DNA of 64,000 bases, taken from NCBI GenBank assembly GCA_016935485.1, contig JAFGQW010000216.1:14649-78648 (forward strand). Direction: 5' to 3'. A program made the translations under genes and the position numbers. Shown in pieces: positions 39,714 through 50,397 of this stretch. Each line of letters opens with the position of its first letter. Within the stretch, counting starts at the first letter, position 1. Under the pieces are notes generated by a model. That model was not told the DNA's origin. It searched no databases and saw only the letters and a program-made list of their open reading frames with translations. Origin of the DNA: Planctomycetota bacterium. Lineage in GTDB: Bacteria > Planctomycetota > JAFGQW01.

Positions 39714-41073
39714 GGTACGTCCTTCCCTTCGTGTCGCGAGGTGCGCTCTCCGCCGGGCCGCCGCCGAAGCGGCGCGGCTGCCCGGTGGCCGCCAGCACGC
39801 TCGTCCAGAGCTCGTCCTCGGGGTCGATGCGCTTCTTCGTGGCCGCGACCAGCGCCAGCGGCACGTGCATGAAATCCGCGTGGGCAAACCCGATCATCGT
39901 GTCGGTCCGCCCGGCCATGGCCGCGTGAACGGCGCGCCGCGCGAACTGGTCGCAGAGCACGCTGTCCCCGGCATTGGCCGGCACGCTCCGGATGATGTAG
40001 CTGGGATCGATGTACTTGAGATCGCAGGGAATGCCGCGCGCCTTGAGGTGCGCGCGGATCCTCTCCCGGAGAAAGACCCCGACGTCGTCGGGACCCGGAC
40101 CGCTCGCCGTATCGCCTGCGCCGCGGCCCGCGGCGGCGAGCATTCGTCCCACCCCCTCGGCGACCACGATCACCGCGTGGCCGCGCGCCGCGAGCCGCTG
40201 CTCCAGCGCGCGGAGGAATCCACCATCTCCCTCGAGGATGAGCGGCACCTCGGGAATCAGCGTGAAGTTCACGTCGCCGCTCGCGAGCGTGGCGGCCGCG
40301 GCGATGTAGCCGGCATCCCGTCCCATCACCTTCACCAGGCCGATGCCGTTGAGCGTGCTCCGCGCCTCGTTGTGGGCGCCCTCGAGCACCGCGCGGGCCA
40401 TCTCCATGGCCGTCGCGAAGCCGAAGCTCCGGTCGCAGTAGGGCACGTCGTTGTCAATCGTCTTGGGAATGCCCACGACCGCGATCCGCGCCCCGCGCCG
40501 GGCCACCTCGGTGGATATCGCGTGCGCGCCGCGAAGGGTGCCGTCCCCGCCGGCGCACAGGAGAATATCGATGGCCCGGCGCTCGAGGAAGTCGACCATC
40601 ACCGCCGGCTCCTCCAGAGCGCGCGACGTCCCCAGCAGCGTGCCGCCCTCGCTGTCGATTCCCTCCACGTGGTCCGGCTCGAGGCGCAGCGGCTCGTGGC
40701 CGTGCGCCGGGTTCAAGCCGCGGTAGCCGTAGCGGATGCCGAGCACCTCCGGGACGCCGTAGTTGAAGTGGAGGCTGAGGAAGGCCGAGCGGATCACGTT
40801 GTTCAGCCCGGGGCAGAGCCCGCCGGAGGTGACGATCGCGACGCGGGCGCGAGCCGGATCGAAGAAGAGGTGCGCGCGCGGCCCCGCCTTCTCGAAGAGG
40901 AGATCCTCCTCGCCGGCGCCTTCCGGGCCGACCTCGATGTCATGGCGGACCCAGGTTCCCTCGGGCACGAAGTTGCCGACGCTGTCGCCACGCCGGGTGG
41001 AAAGCCCGAGCGGCGAGGGGAATCGGCAGGGGCCGAGGGATTCAACCGGAACCTCGCCGCGTGGACTCGCCAT
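39706..41073 (-). CDS. pfk: 6-phosphofructokinase (ATP- or PPi-dependent, PfkA family)
   Basis: Start at Met 69 of the track ORF after [34 protein letters not shown] motifs. 8-nt overlap with the glgP start, so an operon. Confidence 0.9.
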   Translation of the reverse strand: MASPRGEVPVESLGPCRFPSPLGLSTRRGDSVGNFVPEGTWVRHDIEVGPEGAGEEDLLFEKAGPRAHLFFDPARARVAIVTSGGLCPGLNNVIRSAFLSLHFNYGVPEVLGIRYGYRGLNPAHGHEPLRLEPDHVEGIDSEGGTLLGTSRALEEPAVMVDFLERRAIDILLCAGGDGTLRGAHAISTEVARRGARIAVVGIPKTIDNDVPYCDRSFGFATAMEMARAVLEGAHNEARSTLNGIGLVKVMGRDAGYIAAAATLASGDVNFTLIPEVPLILEGDGGFLRALEQRLAARGHAVIVVAEGVGRMLAAAGRGAGDTASGPGPDDVGVFLRERIRAHLKARGIPCDLKYIDPSYIIRSVPANAGDSVLCDQFARRAVHAAMAGRTDTMIGFAHADFMHVPLALVAATKKRIDPEDELWTSVLAATGQPRRFGGGPAESAPRDTKGRTYHE

Positions 41074-41275
41074 GGCGCATGCTCCTTCCGGATGGCCGGG
41101 AGCTCGGGCGCGCCAGCTGCAGCGCGAGCGCCCGGCGCTCTCGGCCCGTGCGGCACTCCTGCCGCCAGCACCGAGATGAGGGTAACGCGAATCCGGGCGG
41201 GGGCAAGACCGCGGCACGTGCGCGGGGCGCGTCGGCCGGCTTGACCGCGCACGGCTGGCCGGGTAGGTAGGGAGC

Positions 41276-42337
41276 ATGGCGATCGAACGGTGCCGGCCGG
41301 CTGTCCTCCATGCGCGCGCGCGGCTCGCTGCCGTCGCGCTGCTCGTGGCCGGCGCTTTCCTGGCGGCGGGCGGGTGCGGGCCGGCGGGCGATGCGGCCGA
41401 GTTTCATGGCGCGACCATGGGCACCCGCTATGCCGTCAAGGTCGCGCGGCTCCCGCCGGGAATCCGGCGAGCCGCGCTCGCGGCGCGGATCGAAGCGCGA
41501 CTCGAGCACGTCAACGCCTGCATGTCGACGTATCGGCCCGACTCGGAGCTGTCGCGGTTCAACCGTTCCCCGTCCACGGACTGGTTCCCCGTCTCGGCGG
41601 ACACCGTGCGCGTGGTGCATGCGGCGCTCGAGGTGAGCCGCGTGACGGACGGCGCGTTCGATGTGACGGTCGGGCCGCTGGTAAACCTGTGGAGCTTCGG
41701 GCCCGAGCCGCGCGAATCCGCCGCACCCGAGGCAGCCGCAATCGCCGAGCGCCTCGGGGCGGTCGGCTGGTCGCGACTCGAGGTCCGGCTCGACCCGCCC
41801 GCGCTGCGGAAGCTTCGCGGCGACCTCCAGGTCGATCTCGCCGCAATCGCCAAGGGATACGGCGTGGACGTGCTGGCCGGGCTGCTGGAGGAGTGCGGCG
41901 GCCGCGACTACCTGGTGGAGATCGGCGGCGAGGTACGGTTGCGCGGGAACCGGGCCGACGGCACGCCCTGGACGGTCGGGATCGAGGCGCCCGATCCCGA
42001 ACGGCGGCGCGTCGAGGAGGTGCTCGTGCCCGGCACGGCGGCGGTGGCCACCTCCGGCGACTACCGTAACTTCTTCGAGCAGGACGGCGAGCGCTACTCG
42101 CACACGATCGATCCCCGGACCGGCCGGCCGATCCGCCACGCGCTGGCGGCGGTGACGGTCGTGACGGACACCTGCATGCGCGCCGACGCGCTCGCGACCG
42201 CGCTGATGGTGCTCGGGCCGGGCGACGGGTCGGAGTTCGCCGTGCGGCAGGGCCTCGCCGCCCTCTTCTTCGTGCACACCGAGACCGGCATCGCCCGGAA
42301 GACCACGCCCGCGTTCGAGGCGCTGGCGGCGCGGTAG
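41276..42337 (+). CDS. apbE: FAD:protein FMN transferase (ApbE family) lipoprotein
   Basis: Lipoprotein signal ...LAAGGCG. ApbE motifs DVTVGPLVNLW, AIAKGYGVD, TSGDYRNFFEQDGERYSHTIDPRTGRP. Confidence 0.85.
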   Translation: MAIERCRPAVLHARARLAAVALLVAGAFLAAGGCGPAGDAAEFHGATMGTRYAVKVARLPPGIRRAALAARIEARLEHVNACMSTYRPDSELSRFNRSPSTDWFPVSADTVRVVHAALEVSRVTDGAFDVTVGPLVNLWSFGPEPRESAAPEAAAIAERLGAVGWSRLEVRLDPPALRKLRGDLQVDLAAIAKGYGVDVLAGLLEECGGRDYLVEIGGEVRLRGNRADGTPWTVGIEAPDPERRRVEEVLVPGTAAVATSGDYRNFFEQDGERYSHTIDPRTGRPIRHALAAVTVVTDTCMRADALATALMVLGPGDGSEFAVRQGLAALFFVHTETGIARKTTPAFEALAAR

Positions 42338-42359
42338 TGGACACGCTCCGGCGGCCTGC

Positions 42360-42680
42360 CCGGGACCGGCAGGTTTTCTTGAACACGAAGAACACGAAGA
42401 GAAGAGAAGGACACGAAGAAGAAGAAGAGAGGAACAAGAGGGCGAAGAAGCGGAGCGAGCGCGGAAGCACGGGTCGAGCACGAGCACGATGAAGAAGCGT
42501 GGCGCGGGCGGCCTGCGCCCGCGGGGCGTGCGGGTGCGCGCGTGCAGTGCACGCGCTGACGTGGCGCGGGCGGCCTGCGCCCGCGGGGCGTGCGGGTCCG
42601 CGCGACGCGTGAGCGTGCGGGCTGTGCACGCGGGATGGGCGTCCGCGTGAGGGTGCGCAGGAAACGCAGGAAGAGCGCTG
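42360..42680. repeat. composite intergenic repeat in inverted orientation relative to the 18.2-kb copy: CACGAAG heptamer array followed by two REP-like units
   Basis: 42371-42410 aacacgaagaacacgaagagaagagaaggacacgaag. Then gtggcgcgggcggcctgcgcccgcggggcgtgcgggtgcgcg duplicated (~42490-42620), which is the reverse complement of the CCGCCCGCGCCAC...ACCCGCAC motif. Confidence 0.8.
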
Positions 42681-42866
42681 AAGTGAGGGACACAACCGGC
42701 GCCTCTTTGCTTCGTCTCTTCTCTCCGCGCTCTTTGTGGTTGCCTTCTCTTCTTCCGCGAGGCGTCCGGCGAGCTCTACCGATCGCGGCACGGATCGGCC
42801 AGAATGGCACGGCCTGGCGGCGCTCGCCGCCGGTCGAACTCGAGACTCCTTGCGGACCCGACAGCC

Positions 42867-44591
42867 ATGCATGATTCCTCGCTCCACCGCGCCCGCCTCC
42901 CGCTCGCTCTTGTGGCATCGACCCTCGCGTGGCTCGCCCTCGCCGCAGCCGGCCCGGCCCAGGACCGGATCACCGGCCGAGGGTTCGCGACGCGCTCCGA
43001 GATCCTGGCGATGAATGGCATGGCCGCCACCAGCCAGCCGCTCGCCACGCAGGTCGCGCTCGACATCCTCAAGCAGGGCGGCTCGGCGGTCGATGCCGCC
43101 ATCGCCGCCAATGCCGCGCTCGGGCTGATGGAGCCCACGGGGTGCGGCCTCGGCGGCGATCTGTTCGCCATCGTGTGGGACGCCGACACGAAGAAGCTCC
43201 ACGGGCTCAATGCGAGCGGCCGCTCGCCGGCGGGGCTCACGCTGGCGATGCTCCGGGAGCGCGGGCTCGAGAGGATGCCCGCGCTCGGGCCGCTTCCGGT
43301 CACGGTGCCCGGATGCGTGGACGGCTGGTTCGAGCTCCACCGGCGCTTCGGGAAGCTCCCGATGGCCCAGCTGCTGGCGCCGGCGATCGCCTACGCGCGC
43401 GCCGGCTTCCCGGTGAGCGAGCTCATCGCCCACTACTGGGCCCGAAGCGCCGCGCGCTACGCGCGCTTTCCCAACTTCGCAGAGACGTTCCTCGTCGACG
43501 GCGCCGCGCCGCGGAAGGGCGAGGTCTTCCGGAACCCGCGGCTGGCGGCCACGCTCGAAACGATCGCGCGCGAGGGGCGGGACGCCTTCTACCGCGGCGA
43601 GATCGCGAAGAAGATCGACGCCTTCATGAAGGAGGTGGACGGTCTGCTGCGCCTGGAGGATCTGGCCGAGCACCGTTCGGAGTGGGTCGAGCCGGTGAGC
43701 ACGAGCTACCGGGGCCACGAGGTGTGGGAGCTCCCGCCGAACGGGCAGGGCATCGTGGCGCTCCAGATCCTGAACCTGCTGGAGGGCTACGACGTGCGGC
43801 GGATGGGTTTCGGGAGCACCGAGTACATCCACTGCTTCGTGGAGGCAAAGAAGCTCGCGTTCGAGGACCGCGCCCGCTGGTACGCCGACCCCGCGTTCCA
43901 GGAGATCCCCGTGAAGGCGCTGATCTCCAAGGAGTACGCCGCCAGGCGCCGGGAGCTCCTCCGGCCGGACCGCGCCGGCAGGAGCTACCCGGCCGGCAAC
44001 CCCGCGGTGGACGAGGGCGACACCGTCTACCTCGCCGCCGCCGATCGCGCGGGCAACATGGTTTCGCTCATCCAGTCCAACTACCGCGGCATGGGCTCAG
44101 GCATGGTGCCTGGCGACCTCGGGTTCATGCTCCAGGACCGCGGCGAGCTGTTCGATCTCGCCGAGGGGCGGTTCAACTCGTACGCGCCGAAGAAGCGCCC
44201 CTTCCACACCATCATCCCCGCTTTCGTCACCCGCGGCGGGGAGCCGTTCCTCGCCTTCGGGGTCATGGGTGGCGCCACCCAGCCGCAGGCACATGCCCAG
44301 ATCGTGGTGAACCTCGTGGACTTCGACATGAACGTGCAGGAAGCCGGCGACGCGCCGCGCATCCTGCACGAGGGCTCCTCCGAGCCCACGGGCGAGCGCA
44401 TGCGGGACGGCGGCGAGGTGTTCCTCGAGACGGGGTTCCCGTACGCCTCCATCCGCGCGCTCGTCCAGAGGGGCCACCGCGTCGGGTGGAATGTCGGGAG
44501 CTTCGGCGGCTACCAGGCGATCCTGCGGAAGGATGGCGTCTACCACGGCGCCTCGGAATCGCGGAGCGACGGTCAGGCCGCCGGGTACTGA
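42867..44591 (+). CDS. ggt: gamma-glutamyltranspeptidase
   Basis: Start at Met 22 of the track ORF. Signal peptide. GGT family motifs including the catalytic Thr region (DEGDTVYLAAADRAGNMVS) and GGATQPQ. Confidence 0.95.
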   Translation: MHDSSLHRARLPLALVASTLAWLALAAAGPAQDRITGRGFATRSEILAMNGMAATSQPLATQVALDILKQGGSAVDAAIAANAALGLMEPTGCGLGGDLFAIVWDADTKKLHGLNASGRSPAGLTLAMLRERGLERMPALGPLPVTVPGCVDGWFELHRRFGKLPMAQLLAPAIAYARAGFPVSELIAHYWARSAARYARFPNFAETFLVDGAAPRKGEVFRNPRLAATLETIAREGRDAFYRGEIAKKIDAFMKEVDGLLRLEDLAEHRSEWVEPVSTSYRGHEVWELPPNGQGIVALQILNLLEGYDVRRMGFGSTEYIHCFVEAKKLAFEDRARWYADPAFQEIPVKALISKEYAARRRELLRPDRAGRSYPAGNPAVDEGDTVYLAAADRAGNMVSLIQSNYRGMGSGMVPGDLGFMLQDRGELFDLAEGRFNSYAPKKRPFHTIIPAFVTRGGEPFLAFGVMGGATQPQAHAQIVVNLVDFDMNVQEAGDAPRILHEGSSEPTGERMRDGGEVFLETGFPYASIRALVQRGHRVGWNVGSFGGYQAILRKDGVYHGASESRSDGQAAGY

Positions 44592-44624
44592 TGCCCGCCC
44601 GGCTCGCTGCGCACGCCTTCACTC

Positions 44625-44820
44625 GGAAGAGGAAAGGCAACCACGAAGCCCACGAAGACACGACACGAAGACCACGAAGAGAAAGGAGCGAGGCGGCGAC
44701 AGCTGCAAGGCCATGGGGTCTGACCCCGCACCTTGCAGACCCCGACGTCCGCTCCTCCGGATGGGGCGCTCACCCGGCATGCCGCGCACCCGCCCCCTCA
44801 CCCCTTGCCCCTCCGCCCTC
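44625..44820. repeat. degenerate copy of composite repeat (CACGAAG x4 array + GGGGTCTGACCCC hairpin + degenerate ACCCGC-rich tail)
   Basis: ccacgaagcccacgaagacacgacacgaagaccacgaagag then ggggtctgaccccgcaccttgcagacccc...cacccgccccctcacccc. Lies between convergent ggt and the ABC permease. Confidence 0.65.
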
Positions 44821-46090
44821 ACTCGTGCCGGAGCGCCTCGACCGGGTCCATCCCGGCCGCCTTCCACGCCGGGTAGAGACCGGACAGCAGCCCCACGAGG
44901 AGCGAGATCCCGGGCGCGAGGAAGAGCGCATAGAGCGGCGTGCGCGCCTTCACGTCGGTAAAGAACTTCACGACCTCCGGCAGCAGGTAGCCGAAAGCTA
45001 CGCCGAGGATGCCGCCGGCGAGCGTCAGCACCAGCGACTCCACCAGGAACTGCGACAGGATGTGCTGCTGGGTGGCGCCGAGCGCCCGCCGGATGCCCAC
45101 CTCGCGGGTCCGCTCGGTCACGGTGGCGAGCATCACGTTCATGACGCCGATCCCGCCCACGAGCAGGCTGATCCCGGCCACGCAGGCGAGCACGATCGTC
45201 CAGATCCGGGCCGTCGCCTCGGCCAGACGCAGTTCCTCCAGCGGCACGAACACCGAGTAATCCCCCTGCTCGTGCGTCTTCTCGAGCATGGTCCGGATGT
45301 TTCTGGCGACAGCGATGACGTCGTCGATCTCGCGGGCCTTGATCTGCGCCTCGTGGACCTCCACGCGCGAGATGTCGGTCGATCCGGGCGTCTGGCGGAT
45401 GTTGATGTCGCCGAAGCGCTCCCGGAGCGCGCTCAGCGGCGTGTACGCGCCCATGGGTTCGTCCGCCGAGGACTTGCCCTTGCTGCTCCCGCCGCGCCGC
45501 CGCTCGAGAACGCCGACCACCGTGAACACGGCGTCGCCGAACTGCACCGTCTCGCCCAGCGCGCTGCGGATCGGGAAGAGCTGGCGGGCCATCTCGTAGG
45601 TGAGCACGCACACCGGCCGGGAGTGCTCGAAGTCGAGGCTGGCGAGCCAGCGCCCCTCGACGGCCTGCGCGTTGGTCACGTTGGCGTAGCGGGGGATGGT
45701 GCCGAACAGGTTGGCCTCGTACTTGACGCCCCGCATCCAGATCTCCTTGCTCACCTTGCGGACCGGCACCACGACCTTGACTGCGGGCAGGGTCTCGGCG
45801 ATGCGGTCCATGTCGAGGAAGGTGAGCCCGTACTCCACCATGCGCGAGGTGGAGGTCGTGGATTCGTCCACCTCCACGGGCTTCTGGCTGTAGAGGATGA
45901 TGGTGGTCGGCCCCAGCCGCTTCACCATCTCCTGCGCCTCCCACTTGGCGCCCTCGCCGATGGCGAGCATCGCGATGACGCTGCCGACGCCGAACAGAAT
46001 GCCCAGCATGTTCAGCACCGAGCGCAGCTTGTGGAGCAGCAGGTTCTTCATGCCGAGCCGGATCGTGCGGAGAATCCAGAAGAGGTTCAC
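44819..46090 (-). CDS. ABC transporter permease (MacB/FtsX-like)
   Basis: GTG start overlapping the ATPase stop (GTGA) with GGAGGAGG upstream. The upstream 280 aa of the track ORF are antisense junk. FtsX-domain C-terminus with 4 TM helices and a large periplasmic loop. Confidence 0.85.
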   Translation of the reverse strand: MNLFWILRTIRLGMKNLLLHKLRSVLNMLGILFGVGSVIAMLAIGEGAKWEAQEMVKRLGPTTIILYSQKPVEVDESTTSTSRMVEYGLTFLDMDRIAETLPAVKVVVPVRKVSKEIWMRGVKYEANLFGTIPRYANVTNAQAVEGRWLASLDFEHSRPVCVLTYEMARQLFPIRSALGETVQFGDAVFTVVGVLERRRGGSSKGKSSADEPMGAYTPLSALRERFGDINIRQTPGSTDISRVEVHEAQIKAREIDDVIAVARNIRTMLEKTHEQGDYSVFVPLEELRLAEATARIWTIVLACVAGISLLVGGIGVMNVMLATVTERTREVGIRRALGATQQHILSQFLVESLVLTLAGGILGVAFGYLLPEVVKFFTDVKARTPLYALFLAPGISLLVGLLSGLYPAWKAAGMDPVEALRHE

Positions 46091-46800
46091 GGGACCTCCT
46101 CCCCGGCCGCGTCGGCCTCCGCACGGGTGCGGAGGCTCTCGATCCGGCCGTCCGCGAGCACCATCACCTTCTCGGCGTGGCGGGTGAGCGCCGCGTTGTG
46201 GGTGACCAGGATGATCGTCTTGCCCATGCCGTGCAGCTGATCCATCACCGCGAGGATCTCGTTCTCGGTGGCCGAGTCGAGGTTGCCCGTCGCCTCGTCG
46301 GCGAGCACGATGGCCGGGTCGTTCACCAGCGCCCGGGCGATGGCCACCCGCTGCTGCTGGCCGCCCGAGAGTTCCGTCGGCCGGTGGTGCAGCCGTTCCG
46401 TGAGCCCGACCCGGGCCGCAAGCTCGCGAGCCCGCCGCCGCGACTCCGGCGGCGCCACCCCCTGGTAGAAGAGCGGCACCTCGATGTTCTCCTCCACCGT
46501 GAGCTGCGGAATCAGATTGAAGGACTGGAAGATGAACCCGATGCTCCGCGAGCGCACGTGCGAAAGGGCATCGTCCGACAGCGCCGAGACATCCACGCCG
46601 TCGAGCACGTAGGTGCCCGCCGTGGGACGGTCCAGGCAGCCCAGCAGGTTCAGCAGCGTGGATTTCCCCGACCCCGAGCGGCCCTGGATCGCCCAGTACT
46701 CGCCCGTCTCGATGTCGAGATCGATCCCGTCCAGGGCGCGCACCACGCTGTTGCCCATCCGGTAGTGCCGGCAGACGCCGCGGAGATAGGCGAGACTCAT
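46087..46800 (-). CDS. ABC transporter ATP-binding protein (MacB/LolD-type)
   Basis: Walker [10 protein letters not shown], signature LSGGQQQRV, Walker [14 protein letters not shown]-loop VTHN. Confidence 0.95.
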   Translation of the reverse strand: MSLAYLRGVCRHYRMGNSVVRALDGIDLDIETGEYWAIQGRSGSGKSTLLNLLGCLDRPTAGTYVLDGVDVSALSDDALSHVRSRSIGFIFQSFNLIPQLTVEENIEVPLFYQGVAPPESRRRARELAARVGLTERLHHRPTELSGGQQQRVAIARALVNDPAIVLADEATGNLDSATENEILAVMDQLHGMGKTIILVTHNAALTRHAEKVMVLADGRIESLRTRAEADAAGEEVP

Positions 46801-48761
46801 TCGCCGCCACTCTCCGGCTGGCGGGCACGCGGCGCGTCGGAGCCCGGGCTTCGGGCACCGCGGTCGCTCGCGCCGGTCTCACCGGCGCGCGGCTCCCCTC
46901 CCGGGCCGGAACCCGGCTCGCCGGAACCACGGAGCGCCCGCAGGTGCTCCCGGATCTTCTGCAGCTGCTCCTCCTGCGGGAGGTCCTTCACCTGCTCCCA
47001 GAGATCCGGGTAGCGCTCCTGCGCCCTCTGGAGAAGGACGGCGGGGTCGGCCGTGCCCGGGCCGCGCTCGCCGGTGCCGGAGCCGCGCTCGCTGGCTGGC
47101 CGGCCCTGCGTCGACACCTGGAGCCCCTCCGGGATCACGTCGCCGGCCTTGTTCTCCTCCACCACGCGCGGCGGCACGGCATCCGCCGGCTCGCTGAGAT
47201 AGACCCGCTCGCCCTCCTTCAGCCCGGAGATCACCTCGACGTTCTTCTCGTTGTGCTTTCCCACCTCGACGAGCCGCGCTTCCGGCCGCCCGGACGTCCT
47301 CACGTAGACGAACGCGGTGTCCTTGCCGGCGGTGAACACCGCCTGCACCGGGATGTAGAGCACGTTCTCGACCTTCTCGCAGTAGATCGTCACCAGCGCC
47401 GACATGCCGGGCCGCATGTCGGTGGCCTCGCCCTCCACGCGCACGCGCGTCTTGTAGACCTTGCGGTCGGGCGTGAGCCAGCCCGAGGACGAATCCGGCA
47501 CCTCCGGGACCTTCAGGACCGTGCCCTTGAAGATCTTGCCCTGGAGCGCATCCACCTGGACGGTGGCCTGCTGTCCCCGCCAAAGCAGGCTCCGCGCCGA
47601 CTCGTGGATGCTCACCTCGACGACCATCTCGCTCACGTCGGGAAGCGTGATGATCTTCTGGTGGTAGCGGACGGAGCCGCCCTCGGCGATCGGGTCCTCG
47701 CGGCCGCGGCGCCAGTTGCTGGACTCGTTGGCATAGACGACCAGGCCGTTCTGGGGCGCCGTCATCGTGCCCGACTCGATCTGCTTCTCGATCCGGTCGA
47801 GCTGCGTTCTTTCCAGATCGCGCTGGCGCTCCTTGGAGTTGAGATCGGTCTGGGCCTGGACCCGCATCTGCTCGCACTTCTCTCGCACGCGGTCCATGTT
47901 GAGCTCGGCCTCGCGCACGTCGGCCCGCAACCGCTCCTCCTGCTTGCGCAGATCGAAATCGAGCAGGTTGCGCATCCGCGCCAGGGACAGCTCGAGATCG
48001 AGCCGGGCGCGTTCCGACGAGATCCGGTCGCGCTCGAGCTCGTTCTTGGTGATGTAGTCCTTGGCGTGGAGCTTCTCGCTCCACTCGAACACATCCTTGG
48101 CGTTCTCGAGCGTCGCGCGCGCGAGCTTGATCTTGTTCTCCTGCTCCTGGATCTGGACCTCCCGGTCGCCCTTCTCCTCCCCCGTCGCCGCGGGAAGCTC
48201 CCCGCCGGCGGCCGCCACCGGCCGATCCCACGCCCCGCGCACCCCGAGGAACTTGTCCAGCTCGATCCGCGCAAACGTCAGCTCCAGCTCCGCCCGGGCG
48301 ATCTCGGACTCGATCTGCTTCAGCGTGATGTTGAAGGACGCCTTCGACTGCAGGTACGCGCTCTCGGCCCGCTCCACCGAAAGCTCCTGCTTCTCCTTCT
48401 GGCTCTCCAGACCGGTCGTGTCGAGCGTGCAGAGCCAGGCGCCTTTCCGGACCCGGCTGCCCTCCTCCACGAGCTTCAGGATCTGCGCCTGGCCCTCGAT
48501 CTCGGAGATGACCGAGACCGAGCGGGCCGCCTCGAGCGCACCCTGCGTCGCCACCGTGATGACCAGATCGCCGCGGAGCACCTCCTTCACCTCGGCGGCG
48601 ACGGCATCGGCCTTGACCTCGCCGCCGAACCAGGCGGACCACGGCAAGAGGAAGTAGGCGACGACGACCAGCACCACGAGGAAGAAGACAACCCTCCGGC
48701 CCCTGCGGGGTCTAGCCGCGGGCGTCCGCGGCGGTGCGGTCGGTGTCGAGTCGATCATCAT
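46797..48761 (-). CDS. HlyD/MacA-family periplasmic adaptor (membrane fusion protein) with extended coiled coil
   Basis: N-terminal TM anchor, long alpha-helical hairpin, C-terminal beta-barrel/lipoyl-like region, acidic Gly/Pro-rich C-tail. Stop overlaps the ATPase start. Confidence 0.85.
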   Translation of the reverse strand: MMIDSTPTAPPRTPAARPRRGRRVVFFLVVLVVVAYFLLPWSAWFGGEVKADAVAAEVKEVLRGDLVITVATQGALEAARSVSVISEIEGQAQILKLVEEGSRVRKGAWLCTLDTTGLESQKEKQELSVERAESAYLQSKASFNITLKQIESEIARAELELTFARIELDKFLGVRGAWDRPVAAAGGELPAATGEEKGDREVQIQEQENKIKLARATLENAKDVFEWSEKLHAKDYITKNELERDRISSERARLDLELSLARMRNLLDFDLRKQEERLRADVREAELNMDRVREKCEQMRVQAQTDLNSKERQRDLERTQLDRIEKQIESGTMTAPQNGLVVYANESSNWRRGREDPIAEGGSVRYHQKIITLPDVSEMVVEVSIHESARSLLWRGQQATVQVDALQGKIFKGTVLKVPEVPDSSSGWLTPDRKVYKTRVRVEGEATDMRPGMSALVTIYCEKVENVLYIPVQAVFTAGKDTAFVYVRTSGRPEARLVEVGKHNEKNVEVISGLKEGERVYLSEPADAVPPRVVEENKAGDVIPEGLQVSTQGRPASERGSGTGERGPGTADPAVLLQRAQERYPDLWEQVKDLPQEEQLQKIREHLRALRGSGEPGSGPGGEPRAGETGASDRGARSPGSDAPRARQPESGGE

Positions 48762-50397
48762 ACTTGAGTCCTTCGGGGTCGAGGGTCAGGATCTCCACGT
48801 CTCGCAGCAGCTCCAGCTGGGCCGTCTTGTAGCTCACGAGCAGCCGCGAGAGTGCGCTCTGGGCGCTCACCAGCGACTCCTGCGCTTCCAGCAGATCGCG
48901 GGTGATGGCGCGCCCGGCGCGGATCTTCTCGTTGGTCTCGTCGACCTGGCTCACGGCCAGCTTCACGCGTCTCAACTGGATCTTGTAGTCCTGCTCGATC
49001 TGGCCGAGATCCCTCAGCCGCGCCCGGACTTCGCGCTTGACCGTATCCAGCAGGAGCTCGTGGTCGCGCACGGAGCGCTCGTAGGTGATGATCGCGCTGC
49101 GATAGGCGTTGCGCTGGCGGGTCCGGTCGATGGGGAGATCCCAGTCCAGCGCCGCGCCCAGGGAGACGGTCTTCCAGTCGGCCTGCCAGGCGTTGTCGTC
49201 CTTGGAGGGGATGATCACGTCGAGATGGAGATCGAGCCCCATCCGGAGCGCATCGGCGGTGATCACGACCTGGCGCTTGGCGTCCTCGACCCGGTCCTGG
49301 CTGATCTTGAGATCGAGGCGGTGCTCGAGCGCGAGCTCCACCGCCCGCACCGGGTCAAGCGCGAGCTCCGGGATGCCGCGCGCCTGGAGGTCAGCGAACT
49401 CCTGGCGCGCGAGCGCGAGCTCGGTGTCCATCGGCAGGCCGAGGGTGATCTTGAACGCGTCCAGCGCGCTCTTCAGCGATTCCCTGAGCCTCAGCAGCGT
49501 CGCCTCCGAGCTCAGCACGCTCTGCTCGTTCTGGTCCACCTGGAACTTCGGGAGCTTGCCGGCCTCGTAGAGCGCCTGCTGCAGCTCGAAGCTCACCTTC
49601 AGGTTCCTCAGGTTCGCTTCCTCGATGTCGATCCGGTCGAGCTGCTGCAGGAGATCGTAGTAGTCTGCCGTGATCACCACCACATGGCGGCGCCGGAAGC
49701 GCTCGAAGCTGCGCAGGCTGTAAACCACGTTGCGCTCGGCCTGGGTCAGGCTCTCGAGCGCGATGTCGGGGCCGAAGCCGCGGAGCAGCGGCTGGGTGAG
49801 CCCGAGCGTGAGCAGCGCGGAGCGGTCCCAGGGCACCCCGGAGGTAATCGAGCGGGACAGACTGCCGAGCAGCCGCCCCAGGATGGAGGCGCCCGTCGCC
49901 AGGGCGCGATCCAGGGTGAGGGAGGCCGACGTCGAGACGTCGGCGTCGCGGCGGTTGCCGGCGATGCCCACTGTGCCGGACAGCGTCGGGTGCCAGTCGA
50001 ACTCCCAGCGGGCGTTGCTCAGCGACAGGGCGGAGACGAACAGCGTTTCCTTCTGGTTCTGGAACTCGCGGCCGAGCAAGCCGGCCACTTCGAGGCTGCG
50101 CGCGAGGTCCAGCTGGAGCGGCACGGGCGCGGGTTCGGCGTCGGTTCTGGCCTGCGCAAGCGCCTCGAGGAGCGCCACGCGCGCCGGGTCCTCGGGAGGA
50201 GGCTCCACCGTGAAGGGGCGTGTCTCCCCGAAGACTTCTTCCTGCTTCTCATGGAGGATCGCGAGCGCTTCCTCGTCCGCGGCCTTTCGATACGACTCGG
50301 AGCTGCATCCCGCGAGCAGGACCGCGAGAACGAGCGCCATCGGAACGGGCGTTCGAAACGGGGAACGAGACACGGGTTCTGCCATCGCTTTCGCCAT
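48712..50397 (-). CDS. TolC-family outer membrane efflux protein (probable lipoprotein)
   Basis: Start at Met 20 of the track ORF. Signal ending LLAGCSS. Two OEP repeats with characteristic coiled-coil heptads. Confidence 0.85.
   Translation of the reverse strand: MAKAMAEPVSRSPFRTPVPMALVLAVLLAGCSSESYRKAADEEALAILHEKQEEVFGETRPFTVEPPPEDPARVALLEALAQARTDAEPAPVPLQLDLARSLEVAGLLGREFQNQKETLFVSALSLSNARWEFDWHPTLSGTVGIAGNRRDADVSTSASLTLDRALATGASILGRLLGSLSRSITSGVPWDRSALLTLGLTQPLLRGFGPDIALESLTQAERNVVYSLRSFERFRRRHVVVITADYYDLLQQLDRIDIEEANLRNLKVSFELQQALYEAGKLPKFQVDQNEQSVLSSEATLLRLRESLKSALDAFKITLGLPMDTELALARQEFADLQARGIPELALDPVRAVELALEHRLDLKISQDRVEDAKRQVVITADALRMGLDLHLDVIIPSKDDNAWQADWKTVSLGAALDWDLPIDRTRQRNAYRSAIITYERSVRDHELLLDTVKREVRARLRDLGQIEQDYKIQLRRVKLAVSQVDETNEKIRAGRAITRDLLEAQESLVSAQSALSRLLVSYKTAQLELLRDVEILTLDPEGLKYDDRLDTDRTAADARG

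Noticed and set aside
41559-46240. 757-aa - ORF 41559..43832 and 1103-aa + ORF 42929..46240
   Set aside because: They overlap apbE, ggt and the ABC genes out of frame. Arg-rich low-complexity translations.
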